64,000 nucleotides of DNA, from the NCBI RefSeq assembly GCF_009914755.1, contig NC_060947.1. One strand, given 5' to 3'. The first letter of the stretch is position 1, and every line of letters begins with the position of its first letter. This DNA comes from the human T2T-CHM13v2.0 reference genome, Homo sapiens. A program made the translations under genes and the position numbers. Under the pieces are notes generated by a model. It was not told where the DNA came from and searched no databases. It was given only the letters and a program-made list of their open reading frames with translations. Positions 43,056 through 60,923 of the stretch are shown piece after piece.

Positions 43056-44809
43056 CTAGGTCCCTTTGGAGTTCTTCACCTTGTTTTCCGCATCCTTCTC
43101 TTTTTCTTGTTCTTTCTCTTCCTCGCCTGCAGCATCTTGGGCCTCTTCATCCCACTTTTCGGGCTGAGATTTAGTGACTTCTTTAGGGAAGAATAATACA
43201 CACATGGGGACCAGACATTCACAGAAAATATAGCCCAATTTATAACTAGCAGCGGCATTCAGCTACTCCACCCTCAGGAGAAGCAGGATAGAGTTAAGTA
43301 AGAAAGGAATAGCTGGGCACCTTCCTACTGGTTTTCACAACAGTTCCATGGCCCTCACGTTGCTGCTGCTTGATCATTTCCACAGGGACACTGTATTTCC
43401 CTTTTTTCCAGTAAATCTCCCACCCAAAGCGGCTGATTATTTCTAGTTCTTTGGAGAAGAAGAGATCTGAATCATCGGGTCCGATCTCATTCTACGGTGT
43501 TTTGGTCAGAACTTTGTTGGGAAAATATTTGTTTACCTCAAAAGACAAATTCTATGGTGAAGCTCATTGGTTCCTCACCCCCCTGAATGCTTCATTTTTA
43601 CCAAGTGCTCCTGCATCACTTCATCATTTGGGGGATCAACTTTCTACGAATCTTTACACTTTGAAAAGCCATGAACTAAAAGGGATGCCTGCCATTTGCC
43701 TGTTCTTTTCCTTGGCGCATCCCTTCTGTTTCCTGCGGAGCTCCCTCCTGAACCCCTATCTACCCGGCCATTCATCTGCGGGCTCACAAATGGCACCGAT
43801 GATCTCAGATCTCCTATCAAATATAGGTTGGTAGAGGGCGACAAGTTTTCTCAAAACCACAGATGTCGTTAGAGAATTGGGCTTCGACTCATTGGGACAC
43901 ATTCTGCCTTAAGTTTCAGGAGGGCCCCGACTCCTGCTTCACCACCCGAGGCCCCGACCCCCCTTCACCACCCGCTTCACCAGCTATGCCCGCACCGCGG
44001 CCCTGCCTAGAACCCTGGGACACACGGGTCCCCGCCTCCCCGCTGCTGCCGCTAGCCCGTTCCTTACCCTCTGGGGCCGTGGCCTCCTGTGCGGTCGGTT
44101 CTTCTGTGGCCGGTTCCTCTGCGTCTGGTTCCTCTGTGGCCTCCTCTGAGAGCTTCTCCTCTGCGGCCTCCTCCGCGGGCTCCCTGGCCATCTCGGCCAG
44201 GTCAGCTGGCACTGCAGGCTCTGGGACCGATGCGGCCTCCTGGATCAGGCCCAGGCCCTCGCCCGCCCGGGCTGCGGCCCCTGCACCCAGCCTCTGGGGC
44301 AGCAGCAGCGGGGGGAGGTTGCCCCAGAGGTTGCGCGCAGCAGCGTGTGGCCCCACCATCAGGCGGCTGAGTTGACGGTTCTCTATGAGGATGTGGTCGT
44401 TGTGAGAGAGGCGGTGGAGAAGGGAGTGGACCATGTCCAGGAGCACGAAGTGAATGCCCGACGCCGGGTAGCGACGGGCGACCACCGCCAAGTCGAAGTT
44501 GGCCGCCTCGTTCCCCTCTTCCTCCTCCTCTTCCTCCGTCGCGGGCCCGATATCTGAGTCCTCCTCGGCGCTCCCGCCCCGGGGGACTGCGGCCAGGCCT
44601 GCCGCCTGCTCACCCTCCTCCTCCCCGAGGCCTTCCACGGGCCCTGCGACTCCGACCACCTCGGCCGCAGGCACCACGTCGCTGCTGTCGGGGCCGGAGT
44701 CGCCGCCCTCCTGGTTACCAGCTCCGGCCGCCTCGGCCTGTGCTCCCTCCTGGCTTACCGGGGCCTCCTGGTCCCCTTGGGTCGGGTGTCGGTCCCCTGT
44801 GGCAGACAT
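43056..44809 (-). CDS. CT47A: CT47A copy 4, 288 aa; join(44809..44068, 43180..43056)
   Basis: Same protein and splice sites. Confidence 0.93.
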
Positions 44810-45448
44810 GACACCAGCAGCGCCTCAACTGGGGTGGCGAGCGGGCTGAGGCGACCACGGTGAAGACGGTGACCACTGAGGTGGCTACGGCCGAGGGGAG
44901 GCGAGGAGCTGGCCGCTGAGGGAATAAGAGTCTCTCTCTTTATTGAGGGAATAAGAGTCTGTCTCAGACGACACCCTAAGATGGGAAGGGCAGGGAGCGA
45001 ATCCTAGAAACCTCCCACCAAGGCTGGCCTGAGAGGACTTAGACAAGTTGGGAAAGATTCTGGTTGGCAGGCGAAAGGGGGCGGGACCGGAAGGGTCAAC
45101 GAGGGGCTCTCAGTGAGCCCTAAGCTCATTTGCTGAAAACTTCAGATTGACATGTTCTATGTCCAATGAATGATCAAGGCCCTTAAGCTCTAGAACTGAG
45201 AATCCAGAATCCAGAGCTTTTTCTTTTCTTTTCATAGTGTTGCTCTGTTGCCCAGGCTGGAGTGCAGTGGCAAGATCTCGGCTCACTGCAATCCCCGCCT
45301 CCTGGGTTCCAGTGATTCTCCTGCCTCAGCCTCCTGAGTAGCTGGGACTACAGGTACATGCCACCACGCCTGGCTAGGTTTTGTATTTTTAGTAGAGACA
45401 GGGTTTCACCATGTTGGCCAGGATGGTCTCGATCTCCTGACCTTGTGA

Positions 45449-45730
<282 letters not shown>

Positions 45731-45789
45731 TAGCTAAGCAGTAGTGAAAACCTCCCAAGAGACATAAGAATTTCACTGAGTTAACGTAG

Positions 45790-45945
<156 letters not shown>

Positions 45946-46073
45946 TAAAAGGACCAGGTCATCTCATAAGAGCTAAGCATCAAAAACACCAAAAGTGCCT
46001 GGGGGTGGTGGCTCACGCCTGTAATCCAGCACTTTGGGAGGCCGCACTTTGGGAGGCCGAGGCAGGCAGATCA

Positions 46074-46362
<289 letters not shown>

Positions 46363-47915
46363 CTAGCCGTATTACAAGTGCTCAGTAGTCACAACACACA
46401 GCTCTAAAGATGAGCCCCATCTCTCTCTTTTCAAAAATTGTTTTAAACTTGTCATTTTACTTGATTTTTGGCTGCAGTGAAAGAATTTCAAAGAGTCTTA
46501 CCAAATGGCGGAAAGTAATATCTTTCAATGAAGGTATGGTGGGCCAAAACAAAGACGTAAAGGAGAGATTTGAGTTAAGATTACTTATTGAAAAATCTTC
46601 CCACGTTTCAGTTTATTCATTTAAAACAAACTTTTATTTTTTAACTTGAACACTGTCACATACATCCATGAAAGTTAGATGTCACTGGATATCACTTTTG
46701 ATGTAACGAACTTTGGAATGATATGTGTTACAATTCCCACAGGCATCTGGAGAAAAAGATAAAAACAATGAACAACAGAGTCTTCTTTCTTTTCCTCCCG
46801 ACTGTGGGATGAAATGAGAGATGATAAACAATAGTACAACATTAACCAGCACCAGTGACTTTCTAAATAGAAGAAAATGGCCAGCTCTGTGTATATCTGC
46901 AACATTTGTGTGCTATATCTTAAACAAGTAGAGAAGCCCATCTTTTCCTTTTGTAACTCACGAGCTTGGATATCAGGGTGCTTGTGGAACTGAAGGTTTC
47001 AGTCAAATGATCACACCAACCTTGTCTGCCTAGCACTAGAAAAGCTTGTTGCTTTTGTTTTTACATGAGGGGCCATTCTGGGATTTAAATAAATCTCTCA
47101 AGCTTCAACAGCCTGTGCTGGTTCCACAAATAATACTCCCTTACCCTCCCAGACCCTTGGTTTCCGTATCTACCATGTGGGAAAGAAGCCGTTACGAAAT
47201 ATACGGCTGTGAAAATGCAAAATAAATAAATAAATAAGAAAGAAAGAAAAATGTTAACCATTTAAATACACTCAAAGATGGATATACCTTAAGACTTCAT
47301 TACCAATTCAGTGATAAACACACATTCTTTTCATCTGACTGTGACATAAAATACCAAAATATATAGCCAAATAAATATCTAGGTATTAATCATTCATTGT
47401 GGTCCTACTTGAAATTCTTAGCTTTTTGCTATTTTTAAGTAGTCACTTTGTAAAAGGCATTGAGTTGTCTCCTAGTTACTACGGGAGCCTGCATTTCTGT
47501 GGTCAAGTAACGAAGGCCCAACTAATGCGTGGCCCAGCCAAGTTAGCGGCTGTGTCTGGCAACTGTTTTCTACACAAATATTGGTCCTGGTAGTAGGTCT
47601 GATACATCTGCCACTTGTTAGTAGTCTTGCAGCTAGAGGACAAAAGACCTCAACATGAACAAATGAGTAGCCAAGAAGTATATTTCAGAACACACTGCAG
47701 TTCATATTACTAGGTACATGAATATTCTCGTAACATTTTAAGTAAGTTAAATTGAATTTTTAAACTAATTTTAAACTTTTTCTTACTTAACTTACTGAGA
47801 ATTTTTGTTGTTGTTCAATAAAACTGTCTGCAACAGGTAAATGCCAGGAATAGTTGAGTGATTCTCAAAGCTATACACAGATACCTGGATTTTCTTGGCT
47901 TCACCTCTGCTGCGT

Positions 47916-49669
47916 CTAGGTCCCTTTGGAGTTCTTCACCTTGTTTTCCGCATCCTTCTCTTTTTCTTGTTCTTTCTCTTCCTCGCCTGCAGCATCTTGG
48001 GCCTCTTCATCCCACTTTTCGGGCTGAGATTTAGTGACTTCTTTAGGGAAGAATAATACACACATGGGGACCAGACATTCACAGAAAATATAGCCCAATT
48101 TATAACTAGCAGCGGCATTCAGCTACTCCACCCTCAGGAGAAGCAGGATAGAGTTAAGTAAGAAAGGAATAGCTGGGCACCTTCCTACTGGTTTTCACAA
48201 CAGTTCCATGGCCCTCACGTTGCTGCTGCTTGATCATTTCCACAGGGACACTGTATTTCCCTTTTTTCCAGTAAATCTCCCACCCAAAGCGGCTGATTAT
48301 TTCTAGTTCTTTGGAGAAGAAGAGATCTGAATCATCGGGTCCGATCTCATTCTACGGTGTTTTGGTCAGAACTTTGTTGGGAAAATATTTGTTTACCTCA
48401 AAAGACAAATTCTATGGTGAAGCTCATTGGTTCCTCACCCCCCTGAATGCTTCATTTTTACCAAGTGCTCCTGCATCACTTCATCATTTGGGGGATCAAC
48501 TTTCTACGAATCTTTACACTTTGAAAAGCCATGAACTAAAAGGGATGCCTGCCATTTGCCTGTTCTTTTCCTTGGCGCATCCCTTCTGTTTCCTGCGGAG
48601 CTCCCTCCTGAACCCCTATCTACCCGGCCATTCATCTGCGGGCTCACAAATGGCACCGATGATCTCAGATCTCCTATCAAATATAGGTTGGTAGAGGGCG
48701 ACAAGTTTTCTCAAAACCACAGATGTCGTTAGAGAATTGGGCTTCGACTCATTGGGACACATTCTGCCTTAAGTTTCAGGAGGGCCCCGACTCCTGCTTC
48801 ACCACCCGAGGCCCCGACCCCCCTTCACCACCCGCTTCACCAGCTATGCCCGCACCGCGGCCCTGCCTAGAACCCTGGGACACACGGGTCCCCGCCTCCC
48901 CGCTGCTGCCGCTAGCCCGTTCCTTACCCTCTGGGGCCGTGGCCTCCTGTGCGGTCGGTTCTTCTGTGGCCGGTTCCTCTGCGTCTGGTTCCTCTGTGGC
49001 CTCCTCTGAGAGCTTCTCCTCTGCGGCCTCCTCCGCGGGCTCCCTGGCCATCTCGGCCAGGTCAGCTGGCACTGCAGGCTCTGGGACCGATGCGGCCTCC
49101 TGGATCAGGCCCAGGCCCTCGCCCGCCCGGGCTGCGGCCCCTGCACCCAGCCTCTGGGGCAGCAGCAGCGGGGGGAGGTTGCCCCAGAGGTTGCGCGCAG
49201 CAGCGTGTGGCCCCACCATCAGGCGGCTGAGTTGACGGTTCTCTATGAGGATGTGGTCGTTGTGAGAGAGGCGGTGGAGAAGGGAGTGGACCATGTCCAG
49301 GAGCACGAAGTGAATGCCCGACGCCGGGTAGCGACGGGCGACCACCGCCAAGTCGAAGTTGGCCGCCTCGTTCCCCTCTTCCTCCTCCTCTTCCTCCGTC
49401 GCGGGCCCGATATCTGAGTCCTCCTCGGCGCTCCCGCCCCGGGGGACTGCGGCCAGGCCTGCCGCCTGCTCACCCTCCTCCTCCCCGAGGCCTTCCACGG
49501 GCCCTGCGACTCCGACCACCTCGGCCGCAGGCACCACGTCGCTGCTGTCGGGGCCGGAGTCGCCGCCCTCCTGGTTACCAGCTCCGGCCGCCTCGGCCTG
49601 TGCTCCCTCCTGGCTTACCGGGGCCTCCTGGTCCCCTTGGGTCGGGTGTCGGTCCCCTGTGGCAGACAT
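47916..49669 (-). CDS. CT47A: CT47A copy 5, 288 aa; join(49669..48928, 48040..47916)
   Basis: Same protein and splice sites. Confidence 0.93.
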
Positions 49670-50308
49670 GACACCAGCAGCGCCTCAACTGGGGTGGCGA
49701 GCGGGCTGAGGCGACCACGGTGAAGACGGTGACCACTGAGGTGGCTACGGCCGAGGGGAGGCGAGGAGCTGGCCGCTGAGGGAATAAGAGTCTCTCTCTT
49801 TATTGAGGGAATAAGAGTCTGTCTCAGACGACACCCTAAGATGGGAAGGGCAGGGAGCGAATCCTAGAAACCTCCCACCAAGGCTGGCCTGAGAGGACTT
49901 AGACAAGTTGGGAAAGATTCTGGTTGGCAGGCGAAAGGGGGCGGGACCGGAAGGGTCAACGAGGGGCTCTCAGTGAGCCCTAAGCTCATTTGCTGAAAAC
50001 TTCAGATTGACATGTTCTATGTCCAATGAATGATCAAGGCCCTTAAGCTCTAGAACTGAGAATCCAGAATCCAGAGCTTTTTCTTTTCTTTTCATAGTGT
50101 TGCTCTGTTGCCCAGGCTGGAGTGCAGTGGCAAGATCTCGGCTCACTGCAATCCCCGCCTCCTGGGTTCCAGTGATTCTCCTGCCTCAGCCTCCTGAGTA
50201 GCTGGGACTACAGGTACATGCCACCACGCCTGGCTAGGTTTTGTATTTTTAGTAGAGACAGGGTTTCACCATGTTGGCCAGGATGGTCTCGATCTCCTGA
50301 CCTTGTGA

Positions 50309-50590
<282 letters not shown>

Positions 50591-50649
50591 TAGCTAAGCA
50601 GTAGTGAAAACCTCCCAAGAGACATAAGAATTTCACTGAGTTAACGTAG

Positions 50650-50805
<156 letters not shown>

Positions 50806-50933
50806 TAAAAGGACCAGGTCATCTCATAAGAGCTAAGCATCAAAAACACCAAAAGTGCCTGGGGGTGGTGGCTCACGCCTGTAATCCAGCACTTTGGGAG
50901 GCCGCACTTTGGGAGGCCGAGGCAGGCAGATCA

Positions 50934-51222
<289 letters not shown>

Positions 51223-52775
51223 CTAGCCGTATTACAAGTGCTCAGTAGTCACAACACACAGCTCTAAAGATGAGCCCCATCTCTCTCTTTTCAAAAATTG
51301 TTTTAAACTTGTCATTTTACTTGATTTTTGGCTGCAGTGAAAGAATTTCAAAGAGTCTTACCAAATGGCGGAAAGTAATATCTTTCAATGAAGGTATGGT
51401 GGGCCAAAACAAAGACGTAAAGGAGAGATTTGAGTTAAGATTACTTATTGAAAAATCTTCCCACGTTTCAGTTTATTCATTTAAAACAAACTTTTATTTT
51501 TTAACTTGAACACTGTCACATACATCCATGAAAGTTAGATGTCACTGGATATCACTTTTGATGTAACGAACTTTGGAATGATATGTGTTACAATTCCCAC
51601 AGGCATCTGGAGAAAAAGATAAAAACAATGAACAACAGAGTCTTCTTTCTTTTCCTCCCGACTGTGGGATGAAATGAGAGATGATAAACAATAGTACAAC
51701 ATTAACCAGCACCAGTGACTTTCTAAATAGAAGAAAATGGCCAGCTCTGTGTATATCTGCAACATTTGTGTGCTATATCTTAAACAAGTAGAGAAGCCCA
51801 TCTTTTCCTTTTGTAACTCACGAGCTTGGATATCAGGGTGCTTGTGGAACTGAAGGTTTCAGTCAAATGATCACACCAACCTTGTCTGCCTAGCACTAGA
51901 AAAGCTTGTTGCTTTTGTTTTTACATGAGGGGCCATTCTGGGATTTAAATAAATCTCTCAAGCTTCAACAGCCTGTGCTGGTTCCACAAATAATACTCCC
52001 TTACCCTCCCAGACCCTTGGTTTCCGTATCTACCATGTGGGAAAGAAGCCGTTACGAAATATACGGCTGTGAAAATGCAAAATAAATAAATAAATAAGAA
52101 AGAAAGAAAAATGTTAACCATTTAAATACACTCAAAGATGGATATACCTTAAGACTTCATTACCAATTCAGTGATAAACACACATTCTTTTCATCTGACT
52201 GTGACATAAAATACCAAAATATATAGCCAAATAAATATCTAGGTATTAATCATTCATTGTGGTCCTACTTGAAATTCTTAGCTTTTTGCTATTTTTAAGT
52301 AGTCACTTTGTAAAAGGCATTGAGTTGTCTCCTAGTTACTACGGGAGCCTGCATTTCTGTGGTCAAGTAACGAAGGCCCAACTAATGCGTGGCCCAGCCA
52401 AGTTAGCGGCTGTGTCTGGCAACTGTTTTCTACACAAATATTGGTCCTGGTAGTAGGTCTGATACATCTGCCACTTGTTAGTAGTCTTGCAGCTAGAGGA
52501 CAAAAGACCTCAACATGAACAAATGAGTAGCCAAGAAGTATATTTCAGAACACACTGCAGTTCATATTACTAGGTACATGAATATTCTCGTAACATTTTA
52601 AGTAAGTTATATTGAATTTTTAAACTAATTTTAAACTTTTTCTTACTTAACTTACTGAGAATTTTTGTTGTTGTTCAATAAAACTGTCTGCAACAGGTAA
52701 ATGCCAGGAATAGTTGAGTGATTCTCAAAGCTATACACAGATACCTGGATTTTCTTGGCTTCACCTCTGCTGCGT

Positions 52776-54529
52776 CTAGGTCCCTTTGGAGTTCTTCACC
52801 TTGTTTTCCGCATCCTTCTCTTTTTCTTGTTCTTTCTCTTCCTCGCCTGCAGCATCTTGGGCCTCTTCATCCCACTTTTCGGGCTGAGATTTAGTGACTT
52901 CTTTAGGGAAGAATAATACACACATGGGGACCAGACATTCACAGAAAATATAGCCCAATTTATAACTAGCAGCGGCATTCAGCTACTCCACCCTCAGGAG
53001 AAGCAGGATAGAGTTAAGTAAGAAAGGAATAGCTGGGCACCTTCCTACTGGTTTTCACAACAGTTCCATGGCCCTCACGTTGCTGCTGCTTGATCATTTC
53101 CACAGGGACACTGTATTTCCCTTTTTTCCAGTAAATCTCCCACCCAAAGCGGCTGATTATTTCTAGTTCTTTGGAGAAGAAGAGATCTGAATCATCGGGT
53201 CCGATCTCATTCTACGGTGTTTTGGTCAGAACTTTGTTGGGAAAATATTTGTTTACCTCAAAAGACAAATTCTATGGTGAAGCTCATTGGTTCCTCACCC
53301 CCCTGAATGCTTCATTTTTACCAAGTGCTCCTGCATCACTTCATCATTTGGGGGATCAACTTTCTACGAATCTTTACACTTTGAAAAGCCATGAACTAAA
53401 AGGGATGCCTGCCATTTGCCTGTTCTTTTCCTTGGCGCATCCCTTCTGTTTCCTGCGGAGCTCCCTCCTGAACCCCTATCTACCCGGCCATTCATCTGCG
53501 GGCTCACAAATGGCACCGATGATCTCAGATCTCCTATCAAATATAGGTTGGTAGAGGGCGACAAGTTTTCTCAAAACCACAGATGTCGTTAGAGAATTGG
53601 GCTTCGACTCATTGGGACACATTCTGCCTTAAGTTTCAGGAGGGCCCCGACTCCTGCTTCACCACCCGAGGCCCCGACCCCCCTTCACCACCCGCTTCAC
53701 CAGCTATGCCCGCACCGCGGCCCTGCCTAGAACCCTGGGACACACGGGTCCCCGCCTCCCCGCTGCTGCCGCTAGCCCGTTCCTTACCCTCTGGGGCCGT
53801 GGCCTCCTGTGCGGTCGGTTCTTCTGTGGCCGGTTCCTCTGCGTCTGGTTCCTCTGTGGCCTCCTCTGAGAGCTTCTCCTCTGCGGCCTCCTCCGCGGGC
53901 TCCCTGGCCATCTCGGCCAGGTCAGCTGGCACTGCAGGCTCTGGGACCGATGCGGCCTCCTGGATCAGGCCCAGGCCCTCGCCCGCCCGGGCTGCGGCCC
54001 CTGCACCCAGCCTCTGGGGCAGCAGCAGCGGGGGGAGGTTGCCCCAGAGGTTGCGCGCAGCAGCGTGTGGCCCCACCATCAGGCGGCTGAGTTGACGGTT
54101 CTCTATGAGGATGTGGTCGTTGTGAGAGAGGCGGTGGAGAAGGGAGTGGACCATGTCCAGGAGCACGAAGTGAATGCCCGACGCCGGGTAGCGACGGGCG
54201 ACCACCGCCAAGTCGAAGTTGGCCGCCTCGTTCCCCTCTTCCTCCTCCTCTTCCTCCGTCGCGGGCCCGATATCTGAGTCCTCCTCGGCGCTCCCGCCCC
54301 GGGGGACTGCGGCCAGGCCTGCCGCCTGCTCACCCTCCTCCTCCCCGAGGCCTTCCACGGGCCCTGCGACTCCGACCACCTCGGCCGCAGGCACCACGTC
54401 GCTGCTGTCGGGGCCGGAGTCGCCGCCCTCCTGGTTACCAGCTCCGGCCGCCTCGGCCTGTGCTCCCTCCTGGCTTACCGGGGCCTCCTGGTCCCCTTGG
54501 GTCGGGTGTCGGTCCCCTGTGGCAGACAT
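52776..54529 (-). CDS. CT47A: CT47A copy 6, 288 aa; join(54529..53788, 52900..52776)
   Basis: Same protein and splice sites. Confidence 0.93.
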
Positions 54530-55168
54530 GACACCAGCAGCGCCTCAACTGGGGTGGCGAGCGGGCTGAGGCGACCACGGTGAAGACGGTGACCACTGAG
54601 GTGGCTACGGCCGAGGGGAGGCGAGGAGCTGGCCGCTGAGGGAATAAGAGTCTCTCTCTTTATTGAGGGAATAAGAGTCTGTCTCAGACGACACCCTAAG
54701 ATGGGAAGGGCAGGGAGCGAATCCTAGAAACCTCCCACCAAGGCTGGCCTGAGAGGACTTAGACAAGTTGGGAAAGATTCTGGTTGGCAGGCGAAAGGGG
54801 GCGGGACCGGAAGGGTCAACGAGGGGCTCTCAGTGAGCCCTAAGCTCATTTGCTGAAAACTTCAGATTGACATGTTCTATGTCCAATGAATGATCAAGGC
54901 CCTTAAGCTCTAGAACTGAGAATCCAGAATCCAGAGCTTTTTCTTTTCTTTTCATAGTGTTGCTCTGTTGCCCAGGCTGGAGTGCAGTGGCAAGATCTCG
55001 GCTCACTGCAATCCCCGCCTCCTGGGTTCCAGTGATTCTCCTGCCTCAGCCTCCTGAGTAGCTGGGACTACAGGTACATGCCACCACGCCTGGCTAGGTT
55101 TTGTATTTTTAGTAGAGACAGGGTTTCACCATGTTGGCCAGGATGGTCTCGATCTCCTGACCTTGTGA

Positions 55169-55450
<282 letters not shown>

Positions 55451-55509
55451 TAGCTAAGCAGTAGTGAAAACCTCCCAAGAGACATAAGAATTTCACTGAG
55501 TTAACGTAG

Positions 55510-55665
<156 letters not shown>

Positions 55666-55793
55666 TAAAAGGACCAGGTCATCTCATAAGAGCTAAGCAT
55701 CAAAAACACCAAAAGTGCCTGGGGGTGGTGGCTCACGCCTGTAATCCAGCACTTTGGGAGGCCGCACTTTGGGAGGCCGAGGCAGGCAGATCA

Positions 55794-56082
<289 letters not shown>

Positions 56083-57635
56083 CTAGCCGTATTACAAGTG
56101 CTCAGTAGTCACAACACACAGCTCTAAAGATGAGCCCCATCTCTCTCTTTTCAAAAATTGTTTTAAACTTGTCATTTTACTTGATTTTTGGCTGCAGTGA
56201 AAGAATTTCAAAGAGTCTTACCAAATGGCGGAAAGTAATATCTTTCAATGAAGGTATGGTGGGCCAAAACAAAGACGTAAAGGAGAGATTTGAGTTAAGA
56301 TTACTTATTGAAAAATCTTCCCACGTTTCAGTTTATTCATTTAAAACAAACTTTTATTTTTTAACTTGAACACTGTCACATACATCCATGAAAGTTAGAT
56401 GTCACTGGATATCACTTTTGATGTAACGAACTTTGGAATGATATGTGTTACAATTCCCACAGGCATCTGGAGAAAAAGATAAAAACAATGAACAACAGAG
56501 TCTTCTTTCTTTTCCTCCCGACTGTGGGATGAAATGAGAGATGATAAACAATAGTACAACATTAACCAGCACCAGTGACTTTCTAAATAGAAGAAAATGG
56601 CCAGCTCTGTGTATATCTGCAACATTTGTGTGCTATATCTTAAACAAGTAGAGAAGCCCATCTTTTCCTTTTGTAACTCACGAGCTTGGATATCAGGGTG
56701 CTTGTGGAACTGAAGGTTTCAGTCAAATGATCACACCAACCTTGTCTGCCTAGCACTAGAAAAGCTTGTTGCTTTTGTTTTTACATGAGGGGCCATTCTG
56801 GGATTTAAATAAATCTCTCAAGCTTCAACAGCCTGTGCTGGTTCCACAAATAATACTCCCTTACCCTCCCAGACCCTTGGTTTCCGTATCTACCATGTGG
56901 GAAAGAAGCCGTTACGAAATATACGGCTGTGAAAATGCAAAATAAATAAATAAATAAGAAAGAAAGAAAAATGTTAACCATTTAAATACACTCAAAGATG
57001 GATATACCTTAAGACTTCATTACCAATTCAGTGATAAACACACATTCTTTTCATCTGACTGTGACATAAAATACCAAAATATATAGCCAAATAAATATCT
57101 AGGTATTAATCATTCATTGTGGTCCTACTTGAAATTCTTAGCTTTTTGCTATTTTTAAGTAGTCACTTTGTAAAAGGCATTGAGTTGTCTCCTAGTTACT
57201 ACGGGAGCCTGCATTTCTGTGGTCAAGTAACGAAGGCCCAACTAATGCGTGGCCCAGCCAAGTTAGCGGCTGTGTCTGGCAACTGTTTTCTACACAAATA
57301 TTGGTCCTGGTAGTAGGTCTGATACATCTGCCACTTGTTAGTAGTCTTGCAGCTAGAGGACAAAAGACCTCAACATGAACAAATGAGTAGCCAAGAAGTA
57401 TATTTCAGAACACACTGCAGTTCATATTACTAGGTACATGAATATTCTCGTAACATTTTAAGTAAGTTATATTGAATTTTTAAACTAATTTTAAACTTTT
57501 TCTTACTTAACTTACTGAGAATTTTTGTTGTTGTTCAATAAAACTGTCTGCAACAGGTAAATGCCAGGAATAGTTGAGTGATTCTCAAAGCTATACACAG
57601 ATACCTGGATTTTCTTGGCTTCACCTCTGCTGCGT

Positions 57636-59389
57636 CTAGGTCCCTTTGGAGTTCTTCACCTTGTTTTCTGCATCCTTCTCTTTTTCTTGTTCTTTCTCTT
57701 CCTCGCCTGCAGCATCTTGGGCCTCTTCATCCCACTTTTCGGGCTGAGATTTAGTGACTTCTTTAGGGAAGAATAATACACACATGGGGACCAGACATTC
57801 ACAGAAAATATAGCCCAATTTATAACTAGCAGCGGCATTCAGCTACTCCACCCTCAGGAGAAGCAGGATAGAGTTAAGTAAGAAAGGAATAGCTGGGCAC
57901 CTTCCTACTGGTTTTCACAACAGTTCCATGGCCCTCACGTTGCTGCTGCTTGATCATTTCCACAGGGACACTGTATTTCCCTTTTTTCCAGTAAATCTCC
58001 CACCCAAAGCGGCTGATTATTTCTAGTTCTTTGGAGAAGAAGAGATCTGAATCATCGGGTCCGATCTCATTCTACGGTGTTTTGGTCAGAACTTTGTTGG
58101 GAAAATATTTGTTTACCTCAAAAGACAAATTCTATGGTGAAGCTCATTGGTTCCTCACCCCCCTGAATGCTTCATTTTTACCAAGTGCTCCTGCATCACT
58201 TCATCATTTGGGGGATCAACTTTCTACGAATCTTTACACTTTGAAAAGCCATGAACTAAAAGGGATGCCTGCCATTTGCCTGTTCTTTTCCTTGGCGCAT
58301 CCCTTCTGTTTCCTGCGGAGCTCCCTCCTGAACCCCTATCTACCCGGCCATTCATCTGCGGGCTCACAAATGGCACCGATGATCTCAGATCTCCTATCAA
58401 ATATAGGTTGGTAGAGGGCGACAAGTTTTCTCAAAACCACAGATGTCGTTAGAGAATTGGGCTTCGACTCATTGGGACACATTCTGCCTTAAGTTTCAGG
58501 AGGGCCCCGACTCCTGCTTCACCACCCGAGGCCCCGACCCCCCTTCACCACCCGCTTCACCAGCTATGCCCGCACCGCGGCCCTGCCTAGAACCCTGGGA
58601 CACACGGGTCCCCGCCTCCCCGCTGCTGCCGCTAGCCCGTTCCTTACCCTCTGGGGCCGTGGCCTCCTGTGCGGTCGGTTCTTCTGTGGCCGGTTCCTCT
58701 GCGTCTGGTTCCTCTGTGGCCTCCTCTGAGAGCTTCTCCTCTGCGGCCTCCTCCGCGGGCTCCCTGGCCATCTCGGCCAGGTCAGCTGGCACTGCAGGCT
58801 CTGGGACCGATGCGGCCTCCTGGATCAGGCCCAGGCCCTCGCCCGCCCGGGCTGCGGCCCCTGCACCCAGCCTCTGGGGCAGCAGCAGCGGGGGGAGGTT
58901 GCCCCAGAGGTTGCGCGCAGCAGCGTGTGGCCCCACCATCAGGCGGCTGAGTTGACGGTTCTCTATGAGGATGTGGTCGTTGTGAGAGAGGCGGTGGAGA
59001 AGGGAGTGGACCATGTCCAGGAGCACGAAGTGAATGCCCGACGCCGGGTAGCGACGGGCGACCACCGCCAAGTCGAAGTTGGCCGCCTCGTTCCCCTCTT
59101 CCTCCTCCTCTTCCTCCGTCGCGGGCCCGATATCTGAGTCCTCCTCGGCGCTCCCGCCCCGGGGGACTGCGGCCAGGCCTGCCGCCTGCTCACCCTCCTC
59201 CTCCCCGAGGCCTTCCACGGGCCCTGCGACTCCGACCACCTCGGCCGCAGGCACCACGTCGCTGCTGTCGGGGCCGGAGTCGCCGCCCTCCTGGTTACCA
59301 GCTCCGGCCGCCTCGGCCTGTGCTCCCTCCTGGCTTACCGGGGCCTCCTGGTCCCCTTGGGTCGGGTGTCGGTCCCCTGTGGCAGACAT
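57636..59389 (-). CDS. CT47A: CT47A copy 7, 288 aa; join(59389..58648, 57760..57636)
   Basis: Same protein; synonymous GCG>GCA at 57669. Confidence 0.93.
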
Positions 59390-60028
59390 GACACCAGCAG
59401 CGCCTCAACTGGGGTGGCGAGCGGGCTGAGGCGACCACGGTGAAGACGGTGACCACTGAGGTGGCTACGGCCGAGGGGAGGCGAGGAGCTGGCCGCTGAG
59501 GGAATAAGAGTCTCTCTCTTTATTGAGGGAATAAGAGTCTGTCTCAGACGACACCCTAAGATGGGAAGGGCAGGGAGCGAATCCTAGAAACCTCCCACCA
59601 AGGCTGGCCTGAGAGGACTTAGACAAGTTGGGAAAGATTCTGGTTGGCAGGCGAAAGGGGGCGGGACCGGAAGGGTCAACGAGGGGCTCTCAGTGAGCCC
59701 TAAGCTCATTTGCTGAAAACTTCAGATTGACATGTTCTATGTCCAATGAATGATCAAGGCCCTTAAGCTCTAGAACTGAGAATCCAGAATCCAGAGCTTT
59801 TTCTTTTCTTTTCATAGTGTTGCTCTGTTGCCCAGGCTGGAGTGCAGTGGCAAGATCTCGGCTCACTGCAATCCCCGCCTCCTGGGTTCCAGTGATTCTC
59901 CTGCCTCAGCCTCCTGAGTAGCTGGGACTACAGGTACATGCCACCACGCCTGGCTAGGTTTTGTATTTTTAGTAGAGACAGGGTTTCACCATGTTGGCCA
60001 GGATGGTCTCGATCTCCTGACCTTGTGA

Positions 60029-60310
<282 letters not shown>

Positions 60311-60369
60311 TAGCTAAGCAGTAGTGAAAACCTCCCAAGAGACATAAGAATTTCACTGAGTTAACGTAG

Positions 60370-60525
<156 letters not shown>

Positions 60526-60575
60526 TAAAAGGACCAGGTCATCTCATAAGAGCTAAGCATCAAAAACACCAAAAG

Positions 60576-60923
<348 letters not shown>
